Shown in pieces: positions 13,401 to 31,233 of a stretch of 63,698 nucleotides of DNA (its first letter is position 1; every line of letters begins with the position of its first letter). The position numbers and the translations under genes are program-made. Under the pieces are notes generated by a model. The model was not told the DNA's origin. It did no database searches and saw only the letters and a program-made list of their open reading frames with translations. The DNA is taken from contig CALSCP010001704.1 of assembly GCA_943704425.1 (NCBI GenBank), forward strand, positions 1 to 63,698, written 5' to 3'. The DNA comes from Ministeria vibrans ATCC 50519. Lineage: Eukaryota; Protista; Filasterea.

Positions 13401-14936
13401 TCTTTCTCCCTCTAAATATTCTATTGCCGTGACGTGTTTTTTTTTTTAAGGGTCTCGGACGAGTCTGCGGTCAACCGAATGCAAGCAAGCAATCTTGGGG
13501 TATGCTTTGGACCGACGTTAATGCGATCGCAGGTCGAGTCGATGGAGGCCATTTCGAACATCAAGTACCAGAACCTCATTGTGGAGCTGCTCATTGTCAA
13601 TGTCGACGAGATCTTTGCAAGCGACCCCGACTACACTGTCGAGGCCGAGAACATTTATGAGTTGTCGCCGAGCGAAGACGAAGATGACATTGACGACGAT
13701 GATGATGACTACGAAGAGGTGATTCCTGCGAGTCAGCGCCCGCCCGCGTCTGCCGTGGCGGCGTCGGCGCCCATGCCTGACTCGGTCATGGTTGCCGCCG
13801 CTGCTGCCCTTCAGACGTCGCCTACTGCTCCGCCATTGCCCGCTCGAAACACCAACCAGTCAACACCGGCTGTGGCCGCCGCCGCTGCTGCCAGTCTCAG
13901 CACTACTCCCTCGATGTCCAGTTTGGGCAGTGGCAGTGCTCAGAATAGTGGCGACGGCAAATTCTCGGAGACTGCCAAAGCACCCCCTCAAATGGCGCCT
14001 ATCAAGCCCAAACCCCGCCCAGGTGCACCTCCTTCCAACACTCTGGCTGCCGGTGGCAGCAGTGGCTCTGGCCCACAGCCCATGCCTCGTCCCGCTGCCA
14101 AGCCGTCTGTGCCCACCCCTACGACCTCTTCTCAGGCAGTGTTTGCCCCATCAACTAAGAAGCCCTTGCTGCCTCCCTCCTCCACCTCGCGCCCTTCCTC
14201 GTCGGGCCCTCCACCAACCCTCCCCAAAGACAAGCCACAACCCGCTGCTCCTGCTCCATCCCCTCAAACCTCCTCGGGTGCTCCCTCTCCGCGTCGCCCT
14301 CCACCACTTCCCAAAAAGGAAAAGGATGCTGCTGTTCCTCTAGCTGGCAATGGCGGCAGTGCCCCCTCCCCTGCTTCTGCTGGTGCTGCACCACATCCTG
14401 GTCGCCCTGCTCCCCGCCCAGTTCCAAAGAAACGGTACATGTACACGAACACGACTCGTTCACTCACACCTCCTTTTTGGTTTCTCCTCGCAGACCTTCA
14501 ACGTCAGTATCGACTACTCCTCCTGGAACTCCGTCGACGCCCACGCCTGCGTCCAGTGCCTCGGCAATCCTCCCGCCCAGTGCCCGTCCTCACGTTGCTG
14601 TCCCCGCCAAGTCGGCGGTACTACCCCGCCCACCAACCGCCGCCGTCGCTCCCCGTCCCGTCAAGCCAAAACCCAGTGCTCCCTCGGTCGGCAAACGCGC
14701 TCGTGCTCTCTTTCCCTGTGAGCCAGACGATCCTGAAGAACTCCGCTTTAAGGCAGGCGATCTTCTTGTCGACAGTACGACATCGAAAATGTCACAAACA
14801 GCCCTCGTCCCAATCTCACCTTTCTCTTTGTTTGTTATTAGTTACGCAAAGTAGCGAGCCCGGCTGGCTTCGCGGCCGTGTTGACTGTACCGACCAATTT
14901 GGTCTCTTTCCTGACAATTATGTCGATATGTTGTAA
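10472..14936 (+). CDS. ARHGAP26: GRAF/oligophrenin-family RhoGAP (BAR-PH-RhoGAP-Pro-rich-SH3)
   Basis: Start MRLKPLEFSACASDSPVFR is the GRAF N-terminal signature. BAR: KKKFDRESEKYY, LEAKKRFEFVE. PH: VQEGHL...RRFVFDV. GAP: GLDEEGLYRLPG, NRMQASNLGVCFGPTL. SH3: ARALFPCEPDDPEELRF...GWLRG...GLFPDNYV. Paralog assignment within the family is not resolvable. Confidence 0.9.
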
Positions 14937-15582
14937 CATTATAATTATATTATCAATACACCGCCATTAATCATTATGATATATATATGTAAAGGTTTCT
15001 TGCTTTTTTTTGTCTTGTGATGACTCCTTCAGCTTTCTTTAATTCGTTGATTGTTTAATTTTATTTATTGGCCTACTCCACTCCCCCCCCCGTGTCTTCC
15101 ATCTTTGTCACTCTGACACTCTCCTGCAGGTGCGTCGTGCGCGCTCCTTTGTCCGTCTGCGCTCTTTGCGTCCAAACCCCCTTTCCGCCGACACGCCACC
15201 GCTCGCGACTGCCACTCCCACCCACCCCCTCCCCTCGCCCGCCCGCTGGACACCTTATATATGTTGTCCTCAGCTCATCCTTGCACTTGCGTCACACATC
15301 AATTGGGAAAGTCACAGAGAGAGAGAGAGAAAAAAAATTTTTTTGAACTACCTTTCCGTCCCAACAATTATTGAAAACGACCCTTGCTTCACGGCGCCAT
15401 TCGACCGTCCCGCTGCGTCTTGCGCTGTACGTCTCCTCAAAATCCCCGTCGTTCCCGTCGCTCTCCTTACTCGCGCGTCATTTTTCGTTTTGCTTCTTCT
15501 CCAAACAACCACAGAGACGGTTGGGCGTCGACGGATGTCTCACACACTGTTTGCACACATACCCCTTCTAGGTGAATCAGCC

Positions 15583-16611
15583 ATGGCGAGTGGCAAGTCG
15601 ACGTTGTTAAAAGTAGTCATTTTGGGCGATGGCGGTGTTGGTAAGGATGGCAGACGATAACGCCCGCTGCGCCGCCCCCGCTCCCTCACCCGCCTCTTTT
15701 TGCACAGGCAAAAGCTCTCTCATGAACCGTTTTGTCAACAACGAATTCGACTCGCAAAGCTTCCATACCATTGGAGTCGAGTTTTTAAACAAAGAAGTCT
15801 CTCTGGACGGTACGCCAGAAATTCGTTTGTGTGACTGCTCCCTCACCTCTGCTCGTGGGTTCTCCTCGCCGGCATACAGGACAATCGTACACAATGCAAA
15901 TATGGGATACAGCCGGACAGGAACGATTCAAATCACTACGCACTCCGTTCTACCGGTACAACGTCACACTGCACTGTGCATCGTTTTCATGTTAATATTC
16001 ACACTTTGAATTTGTGTGGTTGTCGCTAGCGGCTCTGACTGCTGTCTCCTCGTATTTGGTGTTGATGACGCGGTTGGCTTTCAAGCATTGGGCATGTGGC
16101 AAAAAGAATTTCTCTACTACGCAGACGTGGCCGACAGCGACGTAAGTCCCCTGCACCTTCTTTTTGTTTTTGGTCTCACCTTCGCGCACAACAGAACTTT
16201 CCGTTTGTCGTGCTGGGCAACAAAGTTGACGTGAACCACCGCCAAGTATCGCGCGAAGAGGCCGAGGCCTGGTGCCGCGCCAATGGCAACCTTCCGTACT
16301 TTGAGACGTCGGCCAAAGAGGCCGTCAACGTCGAGCAGGCCTTCATTGCTGCTGCCAGAAAAGTTCCCAGAGGCGAAGGTACCCCCCCCCCCCCCCCTCC
16401 CCTCTTTTCTGCCGCATACTGTGTTCATCTCCATTACGGATTTATTCTCTGTCTCATACTGTGTCCATCTCCATCACGGATTTGTTCTCTGTCGCCTTCT
16501 CCTCTCGCACTTACCTTCTTCTTTTCTCGCGGCTCAGCTGCAATGCCTCAGGTGACCACCGACCGCGTCAATTTGAGCGAGAGCACTACTACCAAAACGG
16601 GCTGTTGCTGA
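15583..16611 (+). CDS. RAB9: Rab9 small GTPase
   Basis: [58 protein letters not shown] (Rab9-type), FVVLGNKVD, YFETSAK, and C-terminal CC prenylation site. Confidence 0.93.
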
Positions 16612-16738
16612 CTTCTGTATCCTTCCTAGTTTCCTTTTTTCCATTATTTTTCCATTACAACTGTCTGTTTTTCCTCTCTTGTCTTTCATTACTCTCTCCC
16701 TCTCGTTCTCTCCTGTACAAACACATATCCTCGCGTCT

Positions 16739-21536
<4,798 letters not shown>

Positions 21537-21611
21537 GATGGATTGATTTAATTTTGGACTTTTGGTAATTTGGTTCATTTTTTCTTGTACAACTTTGAAT
21601 TTGTTTCAGTT

Positions 21612-21867
21612 TTAGTCGTTCTTTTTGCCCTTCTTGCCCTTTGTGGGCTTTGGCACCTTGTTAGCACGCTCGGCGAGATCAAAGGCTTCGGCAAGCGTAG
21701 TAAAGTCAAGCAGACCGGGCACCACACGTCCACCCTCTGACTTGATCGGTCTGCGCGCAAGCTAAATGCACACAAGACACCGGTTTAGTAAACAACACTA
21801 CCCATGCCGAGGGGGGAGAACAGAGAAACCAAATAAGCACACACACACACATACACACACCACAAAG

Positions 21868-21941
<74 letters not shown>

Positions 21942-22259
21942 GCAACATACGATGTAGTCGTCGGCACCAAAGAGGAGAAACGTTGGAATCTCGCGCGACG
22001 TCACGGCCGTGTTGATGCCATACTGTGCGGCGGCCGCAGGGGCCCGCGAGACGTCCACTTTGCCAAAGTGCAAATGATCCCGGGTGTACCTGAAGGAGAA
22101 AGAGAGAGGATCAGCGCTGAAAGAGGAGACAGACGCTGTTGGTACATTCGGGTGAGTTCGGCAAACACTGGTGCGACATCGGTGCAGAGGCCCGACCATG
22201 GAGCGTAGAATTCAATAAGCCACATGTGACCCCTTGCAGAAGAAGAAGAAGAAGAAGAA

Positions 22260-22301
<42 letters not shown>

Positions 22302-22966
22302 GAGGAATAAGGAGAAGAAGAAAAGAAGAAGGGTGGGATTCTTAAGGGTGTTCGTGTTGCTTACTCTGGCAAAGATTTAAGTGTCGATTGCAGATCAGCA
22401 GCAGTGAAAAATCGAATATCCGAGTGGCCTTGGAACATGGGTTGGGGAATAAAGAAGAAGAGAGCTGGCGAGGGAGAGTTGGGAGGGGAGCGAGTGAGTG
22501 AGCGAGTGAGTGGGTGAGTGAGAGAGTGAGTGAGAGAGTGAGCGATTGCGTACCGACAACCAGCAGAGCATAAAGGGTGCCATAGACGGGACTGATCACG
22601 TAGAAGAGTAGGGTAGAGGCCATTTTGAAGAAGGTGAAGGCGTTGCGCAGCACAGCCTCGAGCGTGACCGCTTTGCGAATACGAAGAATCGTCAGCATGA
22701 TCGCAAACATCAAGACATTGTACTCTTGCTAAAACACACAATAGCGTCACGGGGAGGGAGGGGAAAGAAGGAGGCGTCGCGCCTTCGTGTCTGTATGCGC
22801 GTACCGACTCGGAGCCGAGAGAACTGAGGTTGGGGAAGAGCGATGCGTTGGTGCTGGGCAGCGCACGCAGAATGAGGTAGAGGGGACTCACGACGGCGTT
22901 GATCACGTAGTACGGGCGCACTATCCTCTCTCGGAAGTCGCCGAGCGTGGTTGGGTAAGTCGCCAT
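21612..22966 (-). CDS. TMX2: Thioredoxin-related transmembrane protein 2
   Basis: RPYYVIN N-terminus, TM segments and PQPMFQG, then WLIEFYAPWSGLC (SxxC instead of CxxC, as in TMX2), LHFGKVDV and IPTFLLF. The last exon ends KGKKGKKND-TAA (KKxx ER-retrieval signal). Confidence 0.9.
21838..21940. repeat. (CA)n microsatellite in TMX2 intron
   Basis: Read directly. Confidence 0.9.
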
Positions 22967-22990
22967 GGTGTAACAAAAGTGTAAAGTTTA

Positions 22991-23014
22991 AAAGTTGTGA
23001 CAGAGTGAGACAGA
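22991..23014. promoter_or_regulatory. Candidate core-promoter motif in the TMX2/NAPG bidirectional promoter
   Basis: aaagttgtgacagagtgagacaga matches 31234-31257 (aaacttgtcacagagtcaaacaaa) at 19 of 24 positions. Confidence 0.35.
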
Positions 23015-23116
23015 CTGACAGTGTCAATGTGAAGTTGACTGTTGAATTTTTTCTGCAGAGATCATTTCAAAAGACAAAGATTAAGACATAAAATTTTAGT
23101 TAAAGGACTTAAAATC

Positions 23117-24426
23117 ATGAACCAGATTGTTGCACAAGGAAAGAAGGATCTTGTCGAGGCTGAAAAGCTGTAAGAGAATACAAACCAAAAATATATAATT
23201 ATAATAAAACACACTCTTGAAAACATTTTCAGAATGCAAACGACATTTCTGAGGTGGAAACCCGACTTTGAAGGGGCCGCGAGGTTGTACGATAGTGCTG
23301 GTGCGACATTTAAGCGTGCCAAAGAGTGGGAGCTGATGCGAAACGCATACAAGCGCGCTGGTGAAGCGCACCAGAAGATTGCGACTCACGCGCAGGTATG
23401 AAGCGGGCTTGCCCTGCAGCGCCCTGTGTGCCCGTGTGGGTGGGGTGGGTGGGCGGGGGCGGGTGGGCTTCGCTGCGTGGGGTGCCGCTCCGCTGCGTGG
23501 CAGTGCCACTCGTCCCATCCCATGCAAACGAAGCGAACGAACTCATCCTCCTTGCTTGTTTGTCTGAAGGGCGGCTACTCGGCCGGCATGTCGTTTGACA
23601 ATGCAGCAATGGCCTGCAAGAATCTTGGAAACGGCGAAGAGGCAGCGGGGCTGTGGAGCGAGGCTGCCATGCTGCTGCGTGTGCACGGCACGCCCGACGC
23701 CGCCGGTGGCATGCTCGAGAAGGGCGCCAAGCTCATTGACCCGCTTGCCCCCGAGGCGGCCGTTGACTTGTTTTTGCAGGCCGCTGAGATTTACGAGACG
23801 GAGAACCGCGAGCGACAGTCCGCCGACTGTTTCCGTCGCTCCATCACCATTTTGTCGCGACTGAAAAAGTTTGCCAAGGCCATCAAAGTGATGCGTCAGT
23901 GGATTGTGCACTTGGAGAAGCTCCAGCGCGAAGACCAGCGCAACAAACTGTTCCTGCAAATGGCTATCTGTCATGTGCTGATGGGGGACTCGGTGGGGGC
24001 GCTCAAGCTCAATAGCGAGTGTTTTGGGCAGAAGGGTTATGCGTCGTCGGCTGAAGCGGTCGTCGCCGAGCAACTCGTCGCGGCCGTTGACGATGCCGAC
24101 CAGGACGCGTACGATGCCGTCGTCAAGAAGCAGGTCCTTGGATTTCTGGACAATCAGGTAACACGTGAAGCATGTACTGTCTCTTTATTCATATATGGTG
24201 TGTCCAGTTGTGTGCTCTTGCGCGTGCCCACAAAATGCCTGGTGGCAAACGTAAGACGGGCGGTAGCAGCCGCGGAAAGGACGCAGACCCGTCACGTGCA
24301 GCTCTGTTTGGATCCGCAACGACGACCACGACGACCACGACGACAGCAGCACCAGCAGCCACCTCATCGGGTGCAACGGCTGGCGCAGACGACGACGACG
24401 ACGAGGAGACCAATGATCTCTGCTAA
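23117..24426 (+). CDS. NAPG: Gamma-SNAP (NSF attachment protein gamma)
   Basis: EAEKL-MQTTFLRWKPDF, LLRVHGTPDAAGGMLEKGAKL, LFLQAAEIYETENR and FLDNQ, with the acidic C-terminus DDDDEETNDLC. Four exons. Confidence 0.9.
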
Positions 24427-24640
24427 TGACTTGTAACCGATGAACTATTTTTTTTTCTATTCATAACACATAAGCAAATACATTCCCCTTTCTTTTGCCA
24501 CTCGCCATTAAAATTAATATTAACGAGCGCAAGAAAAAAAAAAAAAGGTTACAAAAATAAATATTATACAAATAAAATTCCAAACCATTCAACATATTTT
24601 GCAATTTTGTTTTTTCCTGTGTTGATAACTCTCCTTCTTG

Positions 24641-26465
24641 ATGGGGTTCAATAAGAAGAAATGGTCGGCGGCGCGCGTGGCCATGCTCCTTATATGCCTT
24701 TACGGCTTTTTCAAAGGTCTTCTGATCTTATCTTTGTGTCGTCTGCTGACTTCTCCTCTCTTCTCAGAGTTCAAGCCATCAGAGCCCTTTTTGAACCCAT
24801 ACCTTGTCACAGTGAAGGTATGCCATCTCGTGGTTCCCCACACGCGCACTGGTGCTCACTCTTTTTTTACACATTCCTCTTCAGAACTTTACGAATGTGG
24901 AGACGGAAAACGACATCTACCCGTACTGGACCTACAGCAACCTAATCTTCCTGGCCTTCATCGGCATTCTTGTGGAGTTCTCTCGCTACCGTCCTGTTCT
25001 CCTGCTTGAATCATTCTCCTACTTGGCCACCCGCATTTTACTCATTTGGGGCACGTCGTTGCTTTCCATGCAAATCATGCAGGTCAGTCGATTCACTGCT
25101 AAATAAGCATATAAATTAATTATATATAATATAATTATATGGATATATATGTGTGTGTGCCTGTCATACACGCGTCCAATTTGTTGATCATTTTGTGTTT
25201 GTTAGGTGTGCTATGGACTTGCTTCCGCGACGGACGTTGCCTACTTCTCCGTCGTTTACTTTCTCGTGCCTGAAGAACACTACCAGCGCGCAACAGGCTA
25301 TGTGAATGCGGCCATTCTCTTTGGTCAGGCGAGCTCGGGCATTCTCGCGCAGATTCTCGTGTCGGCAGCCGGCATATCATACCTGGTGCTCAACTACATC
25401 TCGTTTGCCAGTGTCTGTCTGGCCCTGATCATCTCCATTGTTCTCATCGGCCTTCCCATCCAATCTCTCGAATGGGATCAGCGGCAAAGCACCACCAGCA
25501 CGCTTGACGACACTCTCTTTGCCGTCGACAGCCAAGTGCCATACCGCGAACAGCGCGTGTGGCACGAAAACACCCTCATTGGCACGGACGGCGACGAACA
25601 CGACGACCTCAACTCCCTCAACGAAGCCGCCGACAATGCCGCCCTTGTGGCCAACCCACACGCCGACCCTCCAACACGCCCGTAACTGAACACCGAGAAA
25701 ACCCAAAATGACTCGCACAATAATAATAATAATAATAATAATTAATTTTTTTCTAGGACTGTAAAAGAGTGGTTTGTGCAGCTGTGGACGGACATGCGAG
25801 AGTGCTACTCGGCAGGCGATGTGTTGTTCTGGGCACTGTGGCTTGTCATTGCCCTGGCACTCCACAATGTCATTGGTAACTTTGTGCAGAACCTGTGGTC
25901 CGAGATCCGTGGCGTGGGCCATGACCAGCCGCAGGACGTGTACAACGGCGCGGCCGAGGCCGTCAGCACCCTTGGCGGTGCAATGGCTGCCCTTGTTCCT
26001 GCCGCAACCAATCTGCACACGCGCTCGCCGCTCAACATGTACATGCTGCCGCTGGCGGGGCTCGTCATGAGCGCCTCCGTCATTGCCATGGCCCTCAGCA
26101 ACACCTCATGGCTCGCGTACATCTGCTACTTCATCTACAAGAGTATGCTGTACCTCACAGCGACACTTGCGTCTGCCAAGGTCGCCGAGGCACTGCCCCA
26201 GAGCCGCTACGGCGCTGTCTTTGGCTACAACTCCTTCATTGGTATCGCCCTGGCAACTATCCTTACCGCTGCGCTCGGAAAGGGCGCCATCGACGCCCCA
26301 CTCCGCACCCGCTTCCTCGTCTACGGCGGCGCCTTTGGCCTCACCGCTGTCGCCTATCTCTACATTATTGTCTACCGCTCCATCACCGCACGCAACCGCC
26401 GTCGCCAGCCCCGCCACATGAACACCGAAGCTTCTCAGCAGCTCCTCAATGCCATGGTCACCTAA
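24641..26465 (+). CDS. SLC19A: SLC19 reduced-folate/thiamine carrier family transporter
   Basis: LLICLYGFFK|EFKPSEPFLNPYL, IYPYWTYS, RYRPVLLL, YGLASATDVAYFS, YNGAAEA and RYGAVFGYNSF, with multiple TM helices. Confidence 0.9.
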
Positions 26466-26633
26466 CTCAAACCTGTCTTCATTCGTTCACGTCACACAGT
26501 ACAAAACAAATATGCAATCTGTTGTCTTTTGAAACTGTGCAGTACTATAGATTATAATTAATAATTATTTTAATATTATAGTATTACATTTTTATTATAC
26601 AATAAACCAGCCATCTTTTATCGTAATACGACT

Positions 26634-26718
26634 ACTAATACTTCTGGTCTGTCGACTGAAGGGCGAGCTTGTGCCAGCACGCGCGTGTTCGGCTGTGCGC
26701 ACATTCAAGCTTTTTCAA
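26634..26718 (-). pseudogene. Degenerate duplicate of the CTC1 last-exon 3' end
   Basis: The copy reads LNVRTAE..ACWHKLAL-QSTDQKY* versus CTC1 LNLRATE..SCWRKLALLRQSTAKK*. It carries deletions and a frameshift. Confidence 0.65.
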
Positions 26719-26760
26719 TGATGATTATACACAATCACAATAATCATCGTAATAGTATTA

Positions 26761-28789
26761 TTACTTCTTGGCTGTCGACTGGCGCAAAAGCGCGAGCTTG
26801 CGCCAGCACGACTGGACGACCGAGACCTCCTCGAGTTCGGTTGCGCGCAGATTCAACTTGGGCTGCTTCAGTGTCGTAAATGTTTGACGATCAATGCGTA
26901 GAGTCGCACGACCCAGTCGCCCACTCACAGCAGCACCGGTACCTATTGTGCTCTCCGAGGCATTGTAAGGGCGCACAAGGATATTAACGGGACGAGGGAT
27001 GGCCGACTCGGCAAGAACTCGGCTGAGGAAGGCCTCGGCGGCCGTATGCGTGCTCGGCGTGTTCAGACGCGCCCGCCGTTGCTGTCGTGTCAACTCTTCA
27101 AAATGGTCTACACCCTGACACCCACCCAAGGAGCTCCATGACCACTTGAGACGTCCAAAGCGCAGCGAAAGATCTCGCAGCATGTGCAAGTCGGCGTCGG
27201 AGAGGTGCAGAGCTGCAAGAGCCGTAGCCGTCTTCTGGAAGAAGACATTTGCCTCGGCCGTAGAATCTTGTACCCCAATCGTTGTCTGACACACAAAGGT
27301 ACGCTGGGCACCGCGACAAGCACCGATACACCCCGATTCAACCACATCACAAAAACAGCCGTTGCACTGCCACCACATGTTCACATCGACGGGAGACGTC
27401 ACCTCAACCCGCACACGACACGCACCAACCATCACCAGCGGACTCTCTTTTGCCGCACCACCACCACCACCGCTACCACCTCCTCCTCCTCCTCCTCCTC
27501 CTCCTCCTCCACCACCACCGTCACCACCACCACCGTCACCACCACCACCGTCACCACCTCCACCGTCACCACCTCCACCACTGCTACTACTGCTGTTGAC
27601 TCCACGTCTCGCCTGCCCACCATACACCCGCAACAATTCCGTGTTTTCTAGCTGTGCCAACGGGACATTTGTTGCGCGCACCACCCGCATTGCATCGCTC
27701 GGCTGACTCGGCGCAAACTCAATGACGTCAATCCAGGTGCACGTGCTGGTAAAGCCACTCCACTGTCCCAATCGATGGTTCCACCGAATGCCAAGTCCAT
27801 GCATCACCACCCTAAGTCGCAATATAGCGGTATGAAAAAAAAAGACGCATTATCATTATAATAAATTTTGCATACTCTTTCTTTTTAGGACACTTACCTT
27901 GCACCTAGGAGGAGACCAGGTGAAAAAGCAACCCTGTACATGTCGCAGTAGATGTCAATGGAGAAGCGAGGATCGTCTGTGTCGGTCAGCGTCACAAGCA
28001 ACCCATGACCGGCCACACCCGACCCAATGCCACGCTCAAGCTGCTCCGCTCTACTCACACGAAGCGGTTTGGGATTGGCAACGCGATACTGCCGTTGAGA
28101 GATAACACCACAAATGGACACAAGACGCTCAAAAACACGCGAAGCAGTGGCATGTTGGAGACGGTCGCGATGAAGCGACGCCTCCTTGACACCTTCGAGA
28201 CGGGGCACTAACATGCCAAGCTGACGCACCATGACCTGTTCGACAACGTTGTGTACACTTTGCACAAGCTTAACCATCGACCGAGCGTGTACCACACAAC
28301 AAAGTCGACCAAGGCGTACACCCGAAAGCACATAGGTGTGCCCAGGACGCATCAGTGCAAACCAACGTGTCGCATCAAAGCGTACAGTGACTACCTTGCC
28401 CGGCGTGAGTCCACATCGACACACTCCACAACGCGAAGACATATGCTCACAGCCACACAAGAGTCCCGCTCGACACACAAAGTGCAAGTCGCTGCGCTCC
28501 TGCTTTTCACACAAGGATGGCGGCCACTTGGACATGAGCACCACTCGTACCGTGGTCTTCCGAGCGCACGACTTGCGCCGCATCCCCAAGCGATCCGAGG
28601 CGCCACCACCACCACCACCACTCACTTCGACATTCCTGTTCCTGTCCTTGTCCACCACATCTTCCACTTCTCCCTCTCCGTCCTCCACGTCACCATCAAA
28701 ATCGTCATCGTCATCATCGTCCGCGTCCGCGTCATCTTCATGCTCCAGATCATTATTATTATTATTATTAAAATTATCATCATCATCAT

Positions 28790-28843
<54 letters not shown>

Positions 28844-31097
28844 TCACACCATCAGCAACATCATCCACAGCGCCGTCCACTGCATTCAAGAGACTCCCAA
28901 TCACATCATTCAAATCGAGTTGCACATACTCAGCCGAGCACGTCCACCGCGACGCAACGCGTTTCTCATTGCTGTATTCATAGACAACGCGCCACGCACC
29001 CACCACAATGACACTGCCCAGGTAGCGTTGCAGAAGACTTGGACGCGACGCATCATTTTCATAAGCATCGCGGCTATCCCGTGCACCACATGTGACCAAC
29101 ACGGAGCCAGTAGCCTCCGCCAGATACAAGCGACCCTCTTGATCGCATATGAGACGGGCAACGAGCGTGGCTGCCGTCGGGAACACATCGGCACTGTCGA
29201 GAGACACCGAAAACCACGTCGACGAGGCGTCTTCGTCGACAGCCAACGGCGGTTGATGGCGCTCGGGAAAGGCAGTGCGCACCCTCTGAAGCATTTCATC
29301 GAGTGGGATTACACGAGGTGCGCTACTTAACGACAAGGGAGGGGACAAGAAGGCTTGCGTCGATGAAATGACGGTACACACATGTGGTACACGGCAAAAC
29401 TCGACGTAGTGGCCTGCACCGCGTGACGAGGGCGCTACATTATACCCAAGTGAGGCACGATGTTCGTCATTAAGAGTCAGTGCACAATAGTGCCGAACGA
29501 CCGCGTCGATGCAGAGACCGCGTGACGAACGAATGTCAAGCAAACGACGAAGAGGCGCGGTGACGTCGTGAACGAGCCATGGGTAGCTGCTCAGCGACAC
29601 AGAGGCGGCAAGGTGGGCTGCTGGACGCATGCGAGCAACTCGCACTACTTGATCACCAGGCACTACTGCAGTCGAGAGCGAGAAGGCTTCAACAAAGACG
29701 GAGGAGCGGGAACACAAGCCTAGTCCAGCAAAGGCACCATTGCGCCACAACAGATGCGCATCGCACACACGCACCGTCGCACCGTCTCGCCACGCACGAC
29801 AGTAAGAGGGCGAGTTGTAATAGGCCACATAGAGATATGTGTCATCGTCGAGAACAAGTACACTCGCATCGTTGTCTTCGACACAACGAAGAGTGCCACG
29901 GTAGTCCACGGTCGAGTCACACGTCAGATCGCGACAGATGGTATCTCTCGAGACTCGTTCGTCATTGATTCCATCAGCGTCACCAGCGGCAATCAGCTCG
30001 ACATCATCATCATCATTATCATCGTCATTATTATCGTCAACCTCCTCCTGGTTGTTGATAATGCTGTCGTCCTTCTCCTCGCTACGTTCAAGGCGTTCCA
30101 CACGTGTCAGAGCACTAGTCTTGTAGATGATGAGGGGCTTCTCGTCTGGAGTCCCCACAGTCGCCTGCATTCGTTTGAGGCCATGTACGATCACACGTTC
30201 GTCGGGAAATAGAAAGTTTCTATACAACAGCGAGTCTGCCGCAGAATTTCCAGCAAACAATACATGCAGGCTTGTGAACGACGAGGTGGTGGTGCCCACA
30301 GATGTGTCTCGGCTGTCGGCACGCCTGGAGACACGCAACTCCAGGAGAAAGTGTGCCGTGAAGGGGTCCTTCGACTCGATCAAACCCGACACGGCACGTA
30401 CCGTTCCAACCAACGACCGCATCCGCCCAAGTCCGGCTTGCCTATACATAGGGCATAAAAAAAAAAAGCTTAAAGACAAAGACAAAAGACAAAGCCGTAA
30501 GAATAGTGTGCGTTGTACGGTAGTTCGGTAGGGAGACGTGTCGGTGCAAAGGCAAGACGCCTACACTCGATATAGGCCCCACGGTAGTCACGAGGTTGAC
30601 TGACAAAGGTGGTGATGGGTGTGGAGAGCATGGGGACGACGGTGAACTCGAGAAGAAGGCAAATGTTGCCGATGAGCAGAGGGGAAGCTGGCGAGCGACC
30701 ATCGCTCATTGTCGTGGAGGCAGCGAGTTCGCAAGGCACTGCAGTAGATGAGTCTGAGCAAAAGAGCGTGCCGCGTCGTTCGGAAAGAGGCCGGTGCGCG
30801 GGAGCACCATCGAGGCGCACAAGCAACGCGTTTTGTTGGGACGACGCGCCGAAACGACGTGGTTTAAACGCGCTCTGATTCACCACGTCGGCCAACTCGA
30901 CAAACGCGAGGGGCCCTTCGAAGCCCTGTAGCAACGGAAGAAGCGCCTCGGCGGCTGTGTCGACATCTCGTTCGCCCAGTGCAGCCAAGCGACGCTCCAA
31001 GCCACTGAAAAAATCCAAACGAGTTATAATATTAAAAACCCCCCTGTTTCAACAACTGCAATCTGTGTTCTACACACCTGCGCAGCTGATCCTCCAT
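26761..31097 (-). CDS. CTC1: CST complex subunit CTC1 (multi-OB-fold telomere protein)
   Basis: GTLFCSDSSTAVPCEL; GTVRAVSGLI..HFLLEL; VDYRGTL..VLVLDD..LYVAY..RDGATVRVCDAHLL..LCSRSSVFVEAFS; GRLYLAEATGSV; PGLLLGA; C-terminal Zn module WWQCNGC...C...C...VQDSTAEANV. These resemble CTC1 blocks as I recall them. Four exons; start MEDQLRS at 31097. Confidence 0.8.
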
Positions 31098-31233
31098 CAA
31101 CCAAGAGACAATGGCAGAAAAAAATATATATATATCAGGAATTCAGGATTCAGGAGACAGTCCGAGTGACCTACGGAAAGTCGGTGTGGGAGTCTGACAG
31201 TCAGTCGACGTTTGATCAGCCATTGAAAAGTAA

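Noticed and set aside
24427-26760. TPP riboswitch near the SLC19 thiamine/folate carrier
   Set aside because: No TPP aptamer core (CUGAGA and associated motifs) seen in its UTRs or introns.
28251-29330. Long antisense and poly-Ile/Leu/His ORFs in the ORF track (also 16739-17539 N-part, 53191-53454, 62206-63042)
   Set aside because: Shadows of GC-rich coding strands, or translated microsatellites.
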